A stretch of DNA of 64,000 nucleotides from an uncultured Candidatus Rokubacteria bacterium (GCA_963805625.1 CAWDVE010000017.1:672001-736000); one strand, 5' to 3'; counted from the first letter of the stretch, positions 51,501-61,099 are shown. Translations and numbers: made by a program. The notes: a model not told the origin generated them from the letters alone.

Positions 51501-52798
51501 GAGACCAGGAGCGTCCCTCCGGACAGAGCGTTGGTCAGGCGGGCCGCGCTCTCGGCGAGCGCCTCGAACACCGGCTGGACGGCCGTCGGCGAGCTGGAGA
51601 TGACGTTCAGGATGTCGGCAGTGGCCGTCTGCTGCTCCAGCGCCTCGGTGACGCTCGCATGTGCCTCCGCGAGGGCGCGGTTCTTCTGCTGCAGCTCCGT
51701 GAACAGCCGCACGTTCTCGAGGGCGATGACCGCCTGGTCGGCGAAGGTGGAGAGGAGCTGGATCTGCCCCTCGCTGAACGCCTGGACCTCGCGGCGCCAG
51801 GTCACGATGACGCCGACCGGGGTCCCGTCCTTCAGCATTGGCACGAAGAGCGCAGTGCGGCCCCCCAGGAGCTCCACCGCCTGGACCCGGGTGGGATCGC
51901 GCTCCCCGTAGGCGCGGTCGGCCATCATGTCCATGATCTGGACAGGCTGCCGCTCTGTCACCGCACGGATCGTGCCGGTGTGGGGGCCATGCCGCCGCGG
52001 CCGTTGCCACGTTTCGACCAAGGCGCTCGGCATGCCCCGGTGGGCGACCAGCCGGAACGCCTCGCCGTCGAAGAGGAGGAGATTCCCGACGGGCGAGGCG
52101 CAGAGCGAAAGCGCGCTGTCCAGGATGGCCTCGAAGACCGGATCGACCGTCGTCGGCGAGCTCGCGATGACCCGGAGGATGGCGCCCGTCGCCCGCTCGC
52201 GCTCCAGCGCCTCGGTGACCTCCTGGAACAGCCGCGCGTGCCCGATGGCGATGGCGGCCTGATCGGCGAAGCTCTCGAGGGCGGCGATCTGCCCCGCGGT
52301 GAACGGGCGCGCCTCCGAGCGGCGGATGGCGATCACGCCGAGCACCCGTTCGTCGCTTACGAGGGGTACTGCGAGCAATGCGCGGAAGCCGCTTCGGCGG
52401 GCCAACTGGAGGGCGGTCGGGAACTCGGCCGCCGCGGCTTCGATGTCGGGGAGGTGGATAGTGCGCCGCTCCAGCACCGCTCGCCCTGCAGCCGAGTCGC
52501 GCGTGACCGGAATAGTGTCACCGGGCTTCATCGTGACTCGAATCGGCCCATGATGCGCCACCCGGTGGAGACCGTCGCCGTCGAGTCGATTGATGACGCT
52601 ATCGGTCGCGCCGCAGACCCGCGTCGCCTGCTCGGCGACGGCGTCGAGCACCGCCTGCAGGTTGCCGGGCGCGCTCGCGAGCGCGCGCAGGATCCGGATG
52701 GTAGCGGCGAGCTGCTCGCGGACTCCCGCGGGACCCGGGGTCGCCGACGTCCGGGGATTACGGGCCGGGCGAGATGGAGCTTTCCGGCGCGACGGCAT
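45509..52798 (-). CDS. Giant soluble histidine kinase with 12 tandem GAF domains
   Basis: Twelve 'FAxQAxIAxxNxRLF'-type GAF ends, then '[13 protein letters not shown]', '[10 protein letters not shown]', 'DTGPGI', 'GTGLGL'; no TM segment; GGAGG RBS before MPSRRK. Confidence 0.95.
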   Translation of the reverse strand: MPSRRKAPSRPARNPRTSATPGPAGVREQLAATIRILRALASAPGNLQAVLDAVAEQATRVCGATDSVINRLDGDGLHRVAHHGPIRVTMKPGDTIPVTRDSAAGRAVLERRTIHLPDIEAAAAEFPTALQLARRSGFRALLAVPLVSDERVLGVIAIRRSEARPFTAGQIAALESFADQAAIAIGHARLFQEVTEALERERATGAILRVIASSPTTVDPVFEAILDSALSLCASPVGNLLLFDGEAFRLVAHRGMPSALVETWQRPRRHGPHTGTIRAVTERQPVQIMDMMADRAYGERDPTRVQAVELLGGRTALFVPMLKDGTPVGVIVTWRREVQAFSEGQIQLLSTFADQAVIALENVRLFTELQQKNRALAEAHASVTEALEQQTATADILNVISSSPTAVQPVFEALAESAARLTNALSGGTLLVSDDMLTLAAVHAPEEEADAFRRLYPIPLDENTLVTRVVREGRVFNISDTETEPSLPEPQRRRARILGARNLLMVPMLRDVQVVGTIFVARRDPGVFTDKQVTLLQTFAHQAVIAIENVRLFQELEARNRELTEALEQQTATAEILRVISSSPTDLQPVMDVVAENAARVCGARDSIIFRVDGDDLRVVARHGPLPGALRIGETRPLTRDSVSGRAVAERRTIHVDDLRALPETEFPATLALSRQLGPMGARTALATPLLREGVPVGAITIWRNEVRPFTARQVALLETFAHQAVIAIENVRLFQELEARNRELTEALEQQTATAEILRVISRSQTDAQPVFDAIARSAMRLCGGTHCNVTRFDGELLHQVAVHNFTPEALEASRQRYDVPPSRRLGAGRAILDRAVCHIPDVESEPEYDTALARAIGFRSVLAVPMLREGSPIGAIAVGRAAPGPFSSKQIELLQTFAAQAVIAIENVRLFQELEARNRDLTEALEQQTATAEILRVISSSPTDLQPVMDVVAESAARFCGATDAAILRLEGEFLRLVAAHGPRPVDLPIGTTIAASSGSVSGRAVRERKSIHVEDFRALPETAFPETAERGRQSGSYALARTMLATPLLREGVPIGVIYMRRDEVRPFTDKQIALAKTFADQAVIAIENVRLFQELEARNRDLTEALEQQTATAEILRVISSSPTDLQPVMEVVAESAARFCGAVNAAIFRLEGESLRLVATHGPTPSSVPIGGIISVGPRSFGGRVVRDRQTIHIEDILAMPETEFPETMERFRQARISARTMLATPLLREGVPIGVIYLRRNEVQPFTEKQIELLKTFADQAVIAIENVRLFTELEARNRELTEALEQQTATAEILRVISSSPTDLQPVMEAVLESAARLCGAADATILRMDGDALQLVAHHGPAHTTRRIGDRIPITRATVYGRSVVDGQTIHIKDFAEAVETDFTELRERQRLTGIRTFLATPLLREGVPIGVIAMRRTEVRPFSDTQIALLKSFADQAVIAIENVRLFQELEARNRELIDALEQQTATAEILRVISGSPTDLQPVMNVVAESAARFCGAANAAILRLEGELLRIVAAHGPAPTNQPVGSTVAASRGGVSGRAVCDRQTIHVLDLEALPETEFPETLERSRRVHVRTGTMLATPLLREDVPIGVIVMRRSEVQPFTDKQIALAKTFSAQAVIAIENVRLFKELEGRNRELTEALEQQTATAEILRVISSSPTDLQPVMNVVAESAARFCGAANAAIWRLEGESLRLVAAHGSLPAILPVGVTIAASPRGVMGRAVRDRQSIHVEDILALPETEFPETLERFRQTRAQQDGIPARTMLATPLLREGVPIGVIYMRRNEVQPFTDKQIELAKTFADQAVIAIENVRLFTELEERNRELTEALEQQTATGAILGVISSSPTDVQPVFDAIAQSATALCEATNTGVFRYTDGLIYLVAHHNWTPDALDAVRRVFPIRPGRGTAAARAILTRMVTHITDLTKDPEYIATPIVEAGFRTALSVPMLLDDQPIGVIAVARMECRPFTDKQVKLLETFAAQAVIAIENVRLFQELRARTAQLTRSVAELRALGEVGQAVSSTLDLETVLNTIVSRAAQLAGTDGASIYEYEEVSREFQLRAAHNIEPELVEALRAMPVRMGEGLSGRAAERREPVQLPDILPEGSYEGHLRDILLRMGYRALLAVPLMREDQVIGTLAVNRRTPGEFPPEVVELLKTFATQSALAIQNARLFREVEEQGRQLAVASQHKSQFLANMSHELRTPLNAVLGYTELILDETFGEVPEPIRDSLERARNSGQHLLGLINDVLDLSKIEAGQLTLSLADYAMEEVTHAVATNVESLAAEKHLALHVTVPPDLPPGKGDSRRIAQVLLNLVGNALKFTEAGEVRVEVTVSHGAFVVSVADTGPGISEADQAKIFEEFQQADSSSTRKKGGTGLGLAIAKRIVELHGGRIWVESTLGRGSTFRFALPVRVERQVAAP
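46790..52260. repeat. Intragenic tandem repeat array (~540-560 bp period) with near-identical linker DNA
   Basis: Recurring '...gccgtctgctgctcgagggcctcggtcagctcgcggtt...gaacagccgcacgttctcgatcgcgatcaccgcctg' near 47280, 47840, 48380, 48920, 49460, 50010, 50540, 51090, 51630. Confidence 0.9.
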
Positions 52799-53104
52799 GC
52801 ACGGTCCTCCGGCAGGCGACTGGTGCCGGGATTCTAGCACCTCACGACGCCCGCCAGGTGCCCAGAAGGAGGGCCGGGAGGTTCGTGCGGACCGCATACT
52901 CCTGCGGGCTGGGCGCTTCCAGATGAACCCACGCGCGGCGTCGCCTGGGCTCGCGGCACGGGATCGGCTGGAGCCGCCGCGGGCAAGCCGGGGTCGAGGC
53001 GCATCTGGGGCCGGATGTGCCGGCCCGCATGTGCTCCCTCCAGTCGCTCGCTGCCGGGGTCAGAGGGACAACCATCGGGCCCGCCCGAATGATAGGATCG
53101 ACGC

Positions 53105-53329
53105 ATGGCTAGATCGGCGCGCGAGCTGTTCGAGGAGGCCATGAGGCTTGGTCCTGAGGAACGGGCGACACTCATGCGTCTTCTCATCGACACTCTCGAT
53201 GTCGAGACGGACGAAGGGGCCGAGGAAGCGTGGCGAGCCGAGATTGAGCGTCGGATCGCGGAGCTAGACTCCGGAGCGATCGAGACCGTCCCCTGGGAAG
53301 AGCTTCGAGCGCGGCTGTACCGGCGCTGA
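53105..53329 (+). CDS. Addiction-module antitoxin (putative addiction module component family)
   Basis: 'A..L...ERA.L...L..L.......AW..EI.RR..E...G......WE'. Confidence 0.9.
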   Translation: MARSARELFEEAMRLGPEERATLMRLLIDTLDVETDEGAEEAWRAEIERRIAELDSGAIETVPWEELRARLYRR

Positions 53330-53630
53330 ATGGTTCGGCCGGCCGTCAGGTTCCACCCCTGCTGCGGCGCGGGAGGCGGAATCCACGTATGACTGGCATG
53401 CCGCACGAAACCACGCAGCGGCAAGCGGCTTTCGCGAAGAGCTACGACACGCCATTGATGCAGTTGCTTCGAATCCACGGACATGGCCTCGCCACGGCAG
53501 CCGTGCTCGACGGTATGTGTTCCCGCGTTATCCCTTCAGCTTGGTGTACATCCTTCGCCGCGATGACATCGAGGTCGTCGCCATCGCTCACGGTCGACGC
53601 CGGCCTGGCTACTGGCGGTCACGACTCTGA
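53330..53630 (+). pseudogene. RelE/ParE-family toxin, frameshifted by one extra C
   Basis: Removing one C from CCCC (53356-53359) restores 'MVRPAVRFHPAAAREAE...W...RRYVFPRYPFSLVY....IEVVAIAHGRRRPGYWRSRL*'. Confidence 0.88.
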
Positions 53631-53664
53631 TCGGCCCCCGTACCCTCCGACTGCAGCGGCGGGG

Positions 53665-55065
53665 TCACCCGACAGCCGGGTGGCGGCGGTGCCAGTCGCT
53701 GCGGGTCTGATACGCCCGCGCCGCGGCGAGGATCGTGTTCTCGCTCCAGGCCCGTCCCACGAACTGGAGGCTCGTCGGTAGCTCGCGCTCGCCGAAGCCG
53801 TCGGGCACGGCCACCGCGGGGAGCCCCGCCGCGTTGCCGACCGCGCCCGTGGGGTCGAGGATCGTCCCGCCGAAGGCGCTCCGGAACGGCTCGTCGAGGC
53901 GGCTCGCCACCGTGAAACGGCCCGGGGCGACCAGGGCGTCGAGCCCGGCGAGGATGCGGTCGACCTCGCGCGCCACCACGACGCGGAGTCGGAGGGCCTT
54001 GATGTAGTCCTTGGCCAGGATCGCGTCCCGCGCGTAGAGCGCGTACCGGTCCTCTGGCGCCGTCAGCTCGGCGAGGGCGCCGCTCTCGACCAGCCCTTCG
54101 AGGGCGCTGGCCGCCTCGGCGAAGAGGATGGTCCGCGTGATGGCCTCGTAGGGGAGCGCCGGCAGCGCGACGTCCTCCACGGTGCCGAGCGTCCGCAGCA
54201 CGCCGAGGGCCTCCTCGAAGCGCGCCCGGACATCGGGATCCGCCACGTCCGCCGCCGCGCGGAGGACGCCGAACCGGAACCGCCGGCCGGGCGCATCCTC
54301 CGCCTCGTAGCGAAACGGGCGGTCCTCGGCGCTGGGATCGAGGGGGTCCGCGCCCGCGATCGCCTCCAGCACGAGGCCGCAGTCGTCAGCGGTGAGTCCG
54401 AGCGGGCCGACCTTGTCGAGGCTCCAGCTGAGCGCCATGGCGCCGTGGCGGCTGACCCGGCCCAGCGTGGGCCGGAGCCCGGTCACGCCGCAGTTCGCGG
54501 CCGGCGAGACGATCGACCCCCAGGTCTCGGAGCCGAGCGCGAAGGGCACGAGCCCCGCCGCGACCGCGGAGGCCGAGCCGCTCGAGGAGCCGCCGCTCCA
54601 CGCGTCCTCACCCCAGGGAGACCGGCCCGGTCCGGTGAACGACGCCCGGGGCTGCCGGTAGCCGGCGCCGCCCGCCAGCTCGACCATGGCGAGCTTCGCC
54701 GCGAGAATGGCGCCGGCGGCCTCGAGTCGCCGGATCACCGTGGCGTCGGTGTCGAAGGTCTGGCCGCGAAGCGGCGCGGCGCCCCAGGTGGTCGGGATGC
54801 CGCCCGCCGTTGCGAAGAGGTCCTTCGCGCCGTAGGGGATGCCGTGGAGCGGGCCGCGCCAGTGGCCGGCGGCGATCTCGGTCTCCGCGTGCCCGGCTTC
54901 GCGGAGCGCGCGCTCGCGCGTCACGGTGACGACCGCGTTGTAGCGGGGTCCCAGGCGTTCGAGCCGCTCCAGGAACTCCTCCGTCAGGGCGACCGGCGAG
55001 ATATGGCGCGCGCGCACGAGGGCCGCGAGCTCGCGGAGCGGCAGGAAGACCGGACTCGGCGTCAC
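53665..55065 (-). CDS. Amidase-signature family enzyme
   Basis: 'GPLHGIPYGAKDL', 'GGSSSGSA', 'GSETWGSI..PA..CG..GL.PT.GRVSR'. Confidence 0.95.
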   Translation of the reverse strand: MTPSPVFLPLRELAALVRARHISPVALTEEFLERLERLGPRYNAVVTVTRERALREAGHAETEIAAGHWRGPLHGIPYGAKDLFATAGGIPTTWGAAPLRGQTFDTDATVIRRLEAAGAILAAKLAMVELAGGAGYRQPRASFTGPGRSPWGEDAWSGGSSSGSASAVAAGLVPFALGSETWGSIVSPAANCGVTGLRPTLGRVSRHGAMALSWSLDKVGPLGLTADDCGLVLEAIAGADPLDPSAEDRPFRYEAEDAPGRRFRFGVLRAAADVADPDVRARFEEALGVLRTLGTVEDVALPALPYEAITRTILFAEAASALEGLVESGALAELTAPEDRYALYARDAILAKDYIKALRLRVVVAREVDRILAGLDALVAPGRFTVASRLDEPFRSAFGGTILDPTGAVGNAAGLPAVAVPDGFGERELPTSLQFVGRAWSENTILAAARAYQTRSDWHRRHPAVG

Positions 55066-55277
55066 GGTCGGGGCGGGGCGTCGGACAGGCGCGGCAGAAG
55101 CGGGCCGTCGGCGTTGTCGAGGCGGACCGCGCGGAGGGCGCGTGCCCCCTCGACGATCGAGGCGAGTCCGGTCCGGATCGCCTCGAGCTCCGCGGGCGTG
55201 AGGCGGCTGGCGTAGCGCTCCCGCACGAGCGAGAAGAGGAGGTCTTCCTCGCTCCTTGCCATCTCTGGCTCGGTCAT
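55062..55277 (-). CDS. Small GatC/AtzG-like amidase partner
   Basis: GGAGG RBS; helical 'RLT..EL..I...L......ALR...L.N.D.P'; GTGA overlap with the amidase. Confidence 0.65.
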   Translation of the reverse strand: MTEPEMARSEEDLLFSLVRERYASRLTPAELEAIRTGLASIVEGARALRAVRLDNADGPLLPRLSDAPPRP

Positions 55278-55500
55278 GACTATTCCTCCCTTGTTCCGGC
55301 TGCCGGTCCCGATCCCGTCCTCGCGCGGTGGCGCGTCGCCGGTCATCATAGGCAGCGGTGCCCAGCGCGACAAGCGCCGGCGCCGTCCCCGGACCCGGTC
55401 CGGCAAGCCGCGCGGGGCTTGCGCGGACGACTCGCGAACCCTACCCTCACCCGGTGCGGCGCGGGACGGTCCCGAGTCGCGAGGGGAGGGACCGTTCACC

Positions 55501-56592
55501 GTGCCGTTCTACGAGCGCTTCCTGCGCCGGCTGCCCGTGCGTCGTCTCGCCCCGCGCGAGGACGGGCACCCGCTCGACGCCGCGGCGACCGGGCACATCT
55601 GCCGCGCGGAGCGGGCTCTCGTGGCGGTGGCCGCGGGCCTCGCGGTGCTTGGCTTTCTCGCCTACTACCTACCGGTCTACCGGGCTCCCCACCTCTTTCC
55701 CTCGGCCACCGTGGCGCTGCCTCTCGTCGGCGGCACGGTGCGACTTCCCTGGGGTGAGCTCGCCTGGGCCGTCGTCCTCACCACCATCGAGCTCTTCCTG
55801 CTCGCGCTCCTGAGCATCGTCGGGGTCCACGAGATCGCCGTCGCCACCGGCTTCCTGACGCCCGAGACCAAGCAGGATCGCGTGCCGGCGCTCCTGTCGA
55901 TCGGGCTCGAACGGAAGACCACGGAGGTCACCCGGTACGGCATCGACCCCTTCGAGGGGCTCCACCCGTGGATGCTGTTCCTGTTCAACCTGGTGCTCCG
56001 GCTCAAGGGGTTCCTCGCGAACCAGGTCGTCCGCTACCTCGTCCGCCTCCTCCTCGGGCGCTACGCCGTGCGCGCCCTGCTGGACTTTGCCGGCGTCCCG
56101 CTCTACATGGCCATCAACGCCTACGCGGCGTACGCGGTTCTCCGGGAGGCCAAGGTCGTCCTGATGGGGCCGGAGGCGATCCGCGCGCTGGTGCGGCGCG
56201 ATCCGGGGCAGGCCCTATCCCCCGCGGAGCGCGTGCTCGTCTACGACACGCTCCAGTACATCGCGGTCAGCAAGCGCGACTTTCACCAGAATCACTATCT
56301 CCTGACCAAGGAGCTGCTGGAGCTCTGGCACGTGCCCGCGGAGGCACGGCATCCCCTGCCGGCGGACTACCTCGAGCGCCTGGCGACCGCGCTGCCTCAC
56401 GCGAGGGCGTTCTGTCAGGTGCTGATCCTGTCCGGATTCGTCCTCGACGGCCAGCTGTCCCGGCGCGAGCTCCGGCGGCTCGACACGATGAAGCGCCTCG
56501 GCATTCTCCCCGACAGTCCGGCGGAGGTGAGGCGCCGGTTGCGCCGGTTCCTCAAGGGGGGCGGGCTGCCCCTCGACCGGCTGCCGGGCTGA
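55501..56592 (+). CDS. Hypothetical membrane protein
   Basis: Long ORF with TM segments, 'YGIDP..GL', 'KRDFH.NH'. Start uncertain. Confidence 0.7.
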   Translation: MPFYERFLRRLPVRRLAPREDGHPLDAAATGHICRAERALVAVAAGLAVLGFLAYYLPVYRAPHLFPSATVALPLVGGTVRLPWGELAWAVVLTTIELFLLALLSIVGVHEIAVATGFLTPETKQDRVPALLSIGLERKTTEVTRYGIDPFEGLHPWMLFLFNLVLRLKGFLANQVVRYLVRLLLGRYAVRALLDFAGVPLYMAINAYAAYAVLREAKVVLMGPEAIRALVRRDPGQALSPAERVLVYDTLQYIAVSKRDFHQNHYLLTKELLELWHVPAEARHPLPADYLERLATALPHARAFCQVLILSGFVLDGQLSRRELRRLDTMKRLGILPDSPAEVRRRLRRFLKGGGLPLDRLPG

Positions 56593-56597
56593 CGGCC

Positions 56598-57716
56598 TCA
56601 GTACAGGTAAAGGTGGAGGCCCAGCCCGATGTATTCCACCTTGTCCCGGTAAAACTGCCCGTTCGGGGAGTAGCCGTTGAAGTACTCGACCAGGAGCTGC
56701 ACTTTCCGCTCGAAGACCGACAGCTTCTCGAACTGGACGCCGGCCCGGAGGGACACGTCGGCATGCCAGTCGTTCTGCTCGCGATACTGGACGTCGATCG
56801 CGGCGAGGGGTCGCAGAGTGCCGTTGAAGTAGGCGTGAGGGCTTCGTACCTCGACGCCCATCTGGGTCCACCAGGGTTTGAGGTCGTCGGGGTCGCCGCG
56901 GACGATGTATCCGCCGCCCCCGTACACGCGGAGCCACTCGGCCACCTCGTAGGACAGTCGCAGATCCACGGCTTCGTAGCTCAGATTCACGCGCTCGACC
57001 CGGTTCTCGATGAGGAACTCGTCACCGAGGTGCGAGCTCTGGTGGAAGTAGCGTGCGAGCGCCGAGAAGTCGCCTGCACGGTACGCGACCGGGAAGCCCA
57101 CGAGGTAGTCGGAGTTGACGAGATCGCTCGATGGCGCGTCCATGTCGAAGAGGCTGAAGACGCCGGCCTGGATTCCGACTTCCCAGGCCCCGCCTTTCTC
57201 CCCCAGCGGGCCCCGCAGCACCGAGATCGTCTCGCCCAGACTCGCGAGGGCCGCGTTGCCGAGCCGCGCGTCCTCGTGGAAGCGCTGGTACGCGGCGGAG
57301 AAGTGGGGCCAGCGCGGATCCGCGATCAGGGGAGCGAACAGGAGGCCTTTCGGCAGGATCTCGAGGCCCCGGCGCGGCACCTCGGCCTCCACGGCGGGGC
57401 CGCTCGGCGTCGCCGCCGTTGTCGGGAGCGGTGACGCCGCCGGCGGGGCCGTCGCGGGTGGCTGTCGCAGTCCGACGACTACGACTTCCCGAACGCCCCC
57501 GATCGTCGAGAGCGTCGCAACGAGCTTCTCGCGGTCGCTGCCCGGCAGGCCCGCGACCTCCACCGTGACCACGCCGTCCTTCACGCTGATCTTGCTGCCT
57601 TTGACATCCATCTGTCGCTCGAGCACGGCCGTCACGTAGCCCGCCACGTAGGCGTCCTCGGCCGGCCCGGCCAGGACGGGGGCCGTTACGAGAGCCATCC
57701 ACAGCCCGACCGTCAT
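56598..57716 (-). CDS. DUF1207-family outer-membrane protein with a small N-terminal BON-like domain
   Basis: 'LF.PL.ADPR.P.FS', 'L.N.DY..G', 'H.SSHLGDEF', 'G.SP.GQF'; aromatic C-terminus. Confidence 0.85.
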   Translation of the reverse strand: MTVGLWMALVTAPVLAGPAEDAYVAGYVTAVLERQMDVKGSKISVKDGVVTVEVAGLPGSDREKLVATLSTIGGVREVVVVGLRQPPATAPPAASPLPTTAATPSGPAVEAEVPRRGLEILPKGLLFAPLIADPRWPHFSAAYQRFHEDARLGNAALASLGETISVLRGPLGEKGGAWEVGIQAGVFSLFDMDAPSSDLVNSDYLVGFPVAYRAGDFSALARYFHQSSHLGDEFLIENRVERVNLSYEAVDLRLSYEVAEWLRVYGGGGYIVRGDPDDLKPWWTQMGVEVRSPHAYFNGTLRPLAAIDVQYREQNDWHADVSLRAGVQFEKLSVFERKVQLLVEYFNGYSPNGQFYRDKVEYIGLGLHLYLY

Positions 57717-58034
57717 GCAGGCGGAGGCGCGAGCGAGCCCGAATCGAGGGTCTGCGGCTGCGACTTCCTGTCGACCTCGCGTCACGGTGTCGTCCTCCCG
57801 CTACGCCGCTTCCGAGCGATGCGGCATGAGTTGTCGCTCCATCCCATGTGGCGGAGTCGTACGGCCGGTTCAGGGCCGTGGGGCGCGCCGTCTGGACCAG
57901 TGGCACGGGGCTTGCCCTGAGTAGGGGTTGGAAGACGCCTCATGCGCCGGAGCGACCGTCGGCTCGTGAACACCCCGAACCAAGTGTGTGCGAGCGCCGT
58001 GCCGGCGCCAGGCAGTCTTCGAGGAGGTGGAGTG

Positions 58035-58346
58035 ATGCGTCGAATCTTGCGGCAGGGCGTGCGTGCGAGTGCGGTCTTACTGGCGAGCGCCACGCTTGCG
58101 CTGGCCCCAGGTCTGGCGGCCCAGTCCCAGAACGGATCCGATCAGGTGAGCGATGGGACCAAGCAGACAGGGCAGGGAACCGCCGAGACCTCCAAGCGTG
58201 CCGGGAAATCAGGGCAGAGCGCGGGGGACGTGGGTGACCGGCTGCACGACAGTGCGAAGAACTTCGGCGAAGCCTTGCTGGGGGGGATCAAGTACGCGGG
58301 GCGCACGGTCATCAACTTCTTCAACGACGACAAGCCCAAGAAATAG
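58035..58346 (+). CDS. Small secreted hypothetical protein
   Basis: GGAGG RBS, signal peptide, hydrophilic linker, amphipathic C-terminal helix. Confidence 0.6.
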   Translation: MRRILRQGVRASAVLLASATLALAPGLAAQSQNGSDQVSDGTKQTGQGTAETSKRAGKSGQSAGDVGDRLHDSAKNFGEALLGGIKYAGRTVINFFNDDKPKK

Positions 58347-58386
58347 GCGCCCGCAGTGGAGAAGTGCGAGAGGGGGTGACGCGCGC

Positions 58387-58812
58387 ATGCGTCCACGGGA
58401 CACTGTCGCGATGTTTGTGATGGTGCTCGTCCTGGGTGGGCTTATCGCCCGCGGGGCTAATGTCGATCCCCCGGCGGCGGGGGGGGCAGACGCTGGCGCG
58501 CTCTCGGCGACCGGTGGAAGTGGTCTCCAGACGGTCGCGCCTCCCCGCGGCCGGTTCCTCGAAGAGGAGCGCGATCCTGGTCAGGGGCCGAGGCTGCACG
58601 AGCCGGTGTTTCTCGAGCCGGCGGCGACCACGACCGAGCATGCCCGCTTCGGTCTGAGCACGTGGATCACGCCGGGCGCGCCGTTTGACCATCGCGAGGA
58701 TCCGGGCGGAGTCGCAATCGGGCTCACGATCGCCTGGCCTGCGCCGGCTCGCCCGGCCCGCGATGTCCCCTCCTCGGGTCCGACCCCGTGGCGAGGGTCG
58801 GCCGCGCGCTGA
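58387..58812 (+). CDS. Hypothetical exported protein
   Basis: Hydrophobic N-terminus; overlaps the start of the EEP gene. Confidence 0.5.
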   Translation: MRPRDTVAMFVMVLVLGGLIARGANVDPPAAGGADAGALSATGGSGLQTVAPPRGRFLEEERDPGQGPRLHEPVFLEPAATTTEHARFGLSTWITPGAPFDHREDPGGVAIGLTIAWPAPARPARDVPSSGPTPWRGSAAR

Positions 58813-59783
58813 TCGTCGCGGGGGCGGCGCTGGGCATCCTGGCGGCTGACTCCGGCGCCATCCTTCCGGAGCGGTCCCCGGGCCCGGCGCCGCTCACGCT
58901 CCGCTTCGTGACGCTCAATCTCCTGCACGGCGGTATCTTCTCGGGGCTCACCGGCGACGACGGGGCGCTCGAGGAGCGCCTGCACCTGGCCGTGGAGGGG
59001 CTTCGCGCCATCGACGCCGACGTCGTGGGGCTCCAGGAGGCGTCGACGGGCCGGCACCGCGGGAACGTGCCCGCCCGCCTGGCCGCGGCCCTCGGATACC
59101 AATACGTCCACGCTCCTGCGGCGACCCGGCCGTTCGGCAGCGAGCACATGCGCCGGGCGGTGGCGTCGGTCCTCGGCTTCACCGAAGGTCCCGCGCTCCT
59201 GAGCCGCTTCCCGATCACGCGCTGGCGGGCGTACGAGCTGCCGCGCTGCGGGCGGCCGTTCGATGTGCGCGTGCTCCTCGCCGTGGAGCTCGAGACCCCC
59301 GCCGGCCGGCTGACGGCCTTCTCGGCCCACACCTCCGGGGACGCGTGCCATGCGCGCGCGGTCGCCAACCTTGTCCGGGCGAACGCTGGGCAGCTGCCCG
59401 CCGTGGTGATGGGGGACTTCAACGCGGCGCCCTCGTCCCTGGCCGTGAGACACCTCACGCGCGAGGCCGGCTTCGTGGACGCGTTCGAGCGCGTGAACCC
59501 CGCGGCGCCCGGCTTCACCGATGGGCAGGACGTTGAGGCCGCGCGAGCGACCGCCGATCAGCGGATCGACTACGTGTTCCTCGCGCCGGGCCAGCGCGTG
59601 TCCGGCGAGGTGGTGGCAAGCCGGGTGGTACTGCACAAGCCGAGCGGTCCGGCCCGGGTCCGATGGCCGTCGGACCACTACGGGGTGCTGGCGGAGATCG
59701 CCCTCGACGGGCCGGCGTCGCTACCCCTCGGGGGGAGCAGGATCGACCGCAGCGCCGGCCGCTCGCGGGGCGGCGGGGGTTGA
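58788..59783 (+). CDS. Endonuclease/exonuclease/phosphatase (EEP) family, probably exported
   Basis: 'TLN', 'DVVGLQE', 'LSRFP', 'GDFN', 'RIDYVF', 'SDH'. Confidence 0.92.
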   Translation: MARVGRALIVAGAALGILAADSGAILPERSPGPAPLTLRFVTLNLLHGGIFSGLTGDDGALEERLHLAVEGLRAIDADVVGLQEASTGRHRGNVPARLAAALGYQYVHAPAATRPFGSEHMRRAVASVLGFTEGPALLSRFPITRWRAYELPRCGRPFDVRVLLAVELETPAGRLTAFSAHTSGDACHARAVANLVRANAGQLPAVVMGDFNAAPSSLAVRHLTREAGFVDAFERVNPAAPGFTDGQDVEAARATADQRIDYVFLAPGQRVSGEVVASRVVLHKPSGPARVRWPSDHYGVLAEIALDGPASLPLGGSRIDRSAGRSRGGGG

Positions 59784-61085
59784 CCGCCGGCTGGCGTCGG
59801 CGGCCTGCGGTTCCGCCCTGAGGGCCCGCGCGAGCGGCGAGCGCAACCGGCGGGGCACGACGCGGCCGAGGTCCACGCGGTCGGCGGCCGCGAAGCGGGC
59901 CAGCGACCAGAGCGCGTCCGCCATGCCGGCCAGCGCCGCGTCCTGGTCGACCGGCCCCCAGGTTGCGGCGGGCGGCGCGGCGCCGGTCGCGAACCAGCGC
60001 TCGAAATGGATCCCGCGCACGGCCAGCCGGCGCTCGGGCCGGTGGGCCTTGACGTCTACGCGGCCGATAAGCTGGCCGTCGTGGAGGGTCGGCAGCGTGT
60101 AATAGCCGTGAACCCGCTGCGGCCCCGGCGTGTACACCTCGATGCGGTAGGCGAAGCCGAAGAGCCGCTCCACGCGCTCGCGATGCCAGAGCAAGGAGTC
60201 GAAGGGGGAGAGGAAGGTCGTGCCCCGCGACCCGGCCCGCCGGCGGGCGGCGCGCTCGAGCGCCGGGAGGTCGCGCGCCAGGGCGAGCCAGCGGGTGCGC
60301 GACCCCTTGACCTCGATCTCCACGACCTCGCCCTGCTCCAGGAGGCGCCGGAGCGCGGCGCGCCGGACGCCCGGCCCCATGCGCGGGAAGGTGAGGTAGC
60401 GGGTGAGATCGGTGTCGGTGGCCCCGCCCATCGCGTGGAGCGAGCGCTCCACGTGCCACGCCCGGAACGCTTCCGTGGTGGCGGGCTCGACTCCCGGCCA
60501 GGCGGACAGGACGCGCTCGGTCAGATCGTAGCGCTTCTGGAAGTGCGGGCGCGAGTGGACCGCGAGCGTACCGGTCATCCAGAGGTAGTGGAGCGCGTGC
60601 TGGGCCGGCTTCCAGCTCCACCAGCCGCCGCGCCCGGCTGGCCGGCGGTGCTCGAAGTCTGCGCTGCCCGCAGGGCCGTTGGCCCGGATCGCTTCCGTGA
60701 CCAGGTCGAGCGTCCGGCGGTGCCGGCGGAGCCACGAGGACCACCCGGTGTGACGGAGCCGGTAGTCCAGCATGGCCCGGCGCCAGAGCGCGAGGTGCGA
60801 GGCGGGGACGAGGCACGCCGCATGCGCCCAGTACTCGAAGAGGAGGCGGCGCCGGTAGACGAGCCGGTCGAGCCGCGCGCGCTCGTAGGGGCCGAAGCGG
60901 CTCCAGAGCGTGAGATAGTGCGCGCGGTCGAGGACGTTGATCGAGTCGAGCTGGAGGCCGCCCGCGTCCTCGACGAATCCGACGAGCCGCCGGGGGGTCA
61001 GCCGGTGGGCGCGCGGGCGCGTCAGATGCTGCCGCTCGAGGAAGAGCGCGGCGACCGCATGGAGGGGGAACGTCGGGACCGGCAC
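59721..61085 (-). CDS. ycaQ: YcaQ-like (HTH_42) interstrand-crosslink DNA glycosylase
   Basis: 'LQLDSINV..RAHY..LWSR', 'FEYWAH.A', 'LSPFD.L.W.R.R...LF.F.Y..E.Y.P...R..GYY'. Confidence 0.92.
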   Translation of the reverse strand: MPVPTFPLHAVAALFLERQHLTRPRAHRLTPRRLVGFVEDAGGLQLDSINVLDRAHYLTLWSRFGPYERARLDRLVYRRRLLFEYWAHAACLVPASHLALWRRAMLDYRLRHTGWSSWLRRHRRTLDLVTEAIRANGPAGSADFEHRRPAGRGGWWSWKPAQHALHYLWMTGTLAVHSRPHFQKRYDLTERVLSAWPGVEPATTEAFRAWHVERSLHAMGGATDTDLTRYLTFPRMGPGVRRAALRRLLEQGEVVEIEVKGSRTRWLALARDLPALERAARRRAGSRGTTFLSPFDSLLWHRERVERLFGFAYRIEVYTPGPQRVHGYYTLPTLHDGQLIGRVDVKAHRPERRLAVRGIHFERWFATGAAPPAATWGPVDQDAALAGMADALWSLARFAAADRVDLGRVVPRRLRSPLARALRAEPQAADASRRSTPAAPRAAGAAVDPAPPEG

Positions 61086-61099
61086 GCCAGCGAGGCGGG

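Noticed and set aside
46790-52260. CRISPR array or DGR interpretation of the periodic repeats
   Set aside because: The period is ~550 bp, all in frame within one ORF; no cas or reverse transcriptase gene, and no adenine-specific TR/VR pair was seen.
53665-55065. Calling the amidase gatA
   Set aside because: No gatB adjacent, and the motif differs (GSETWGS).
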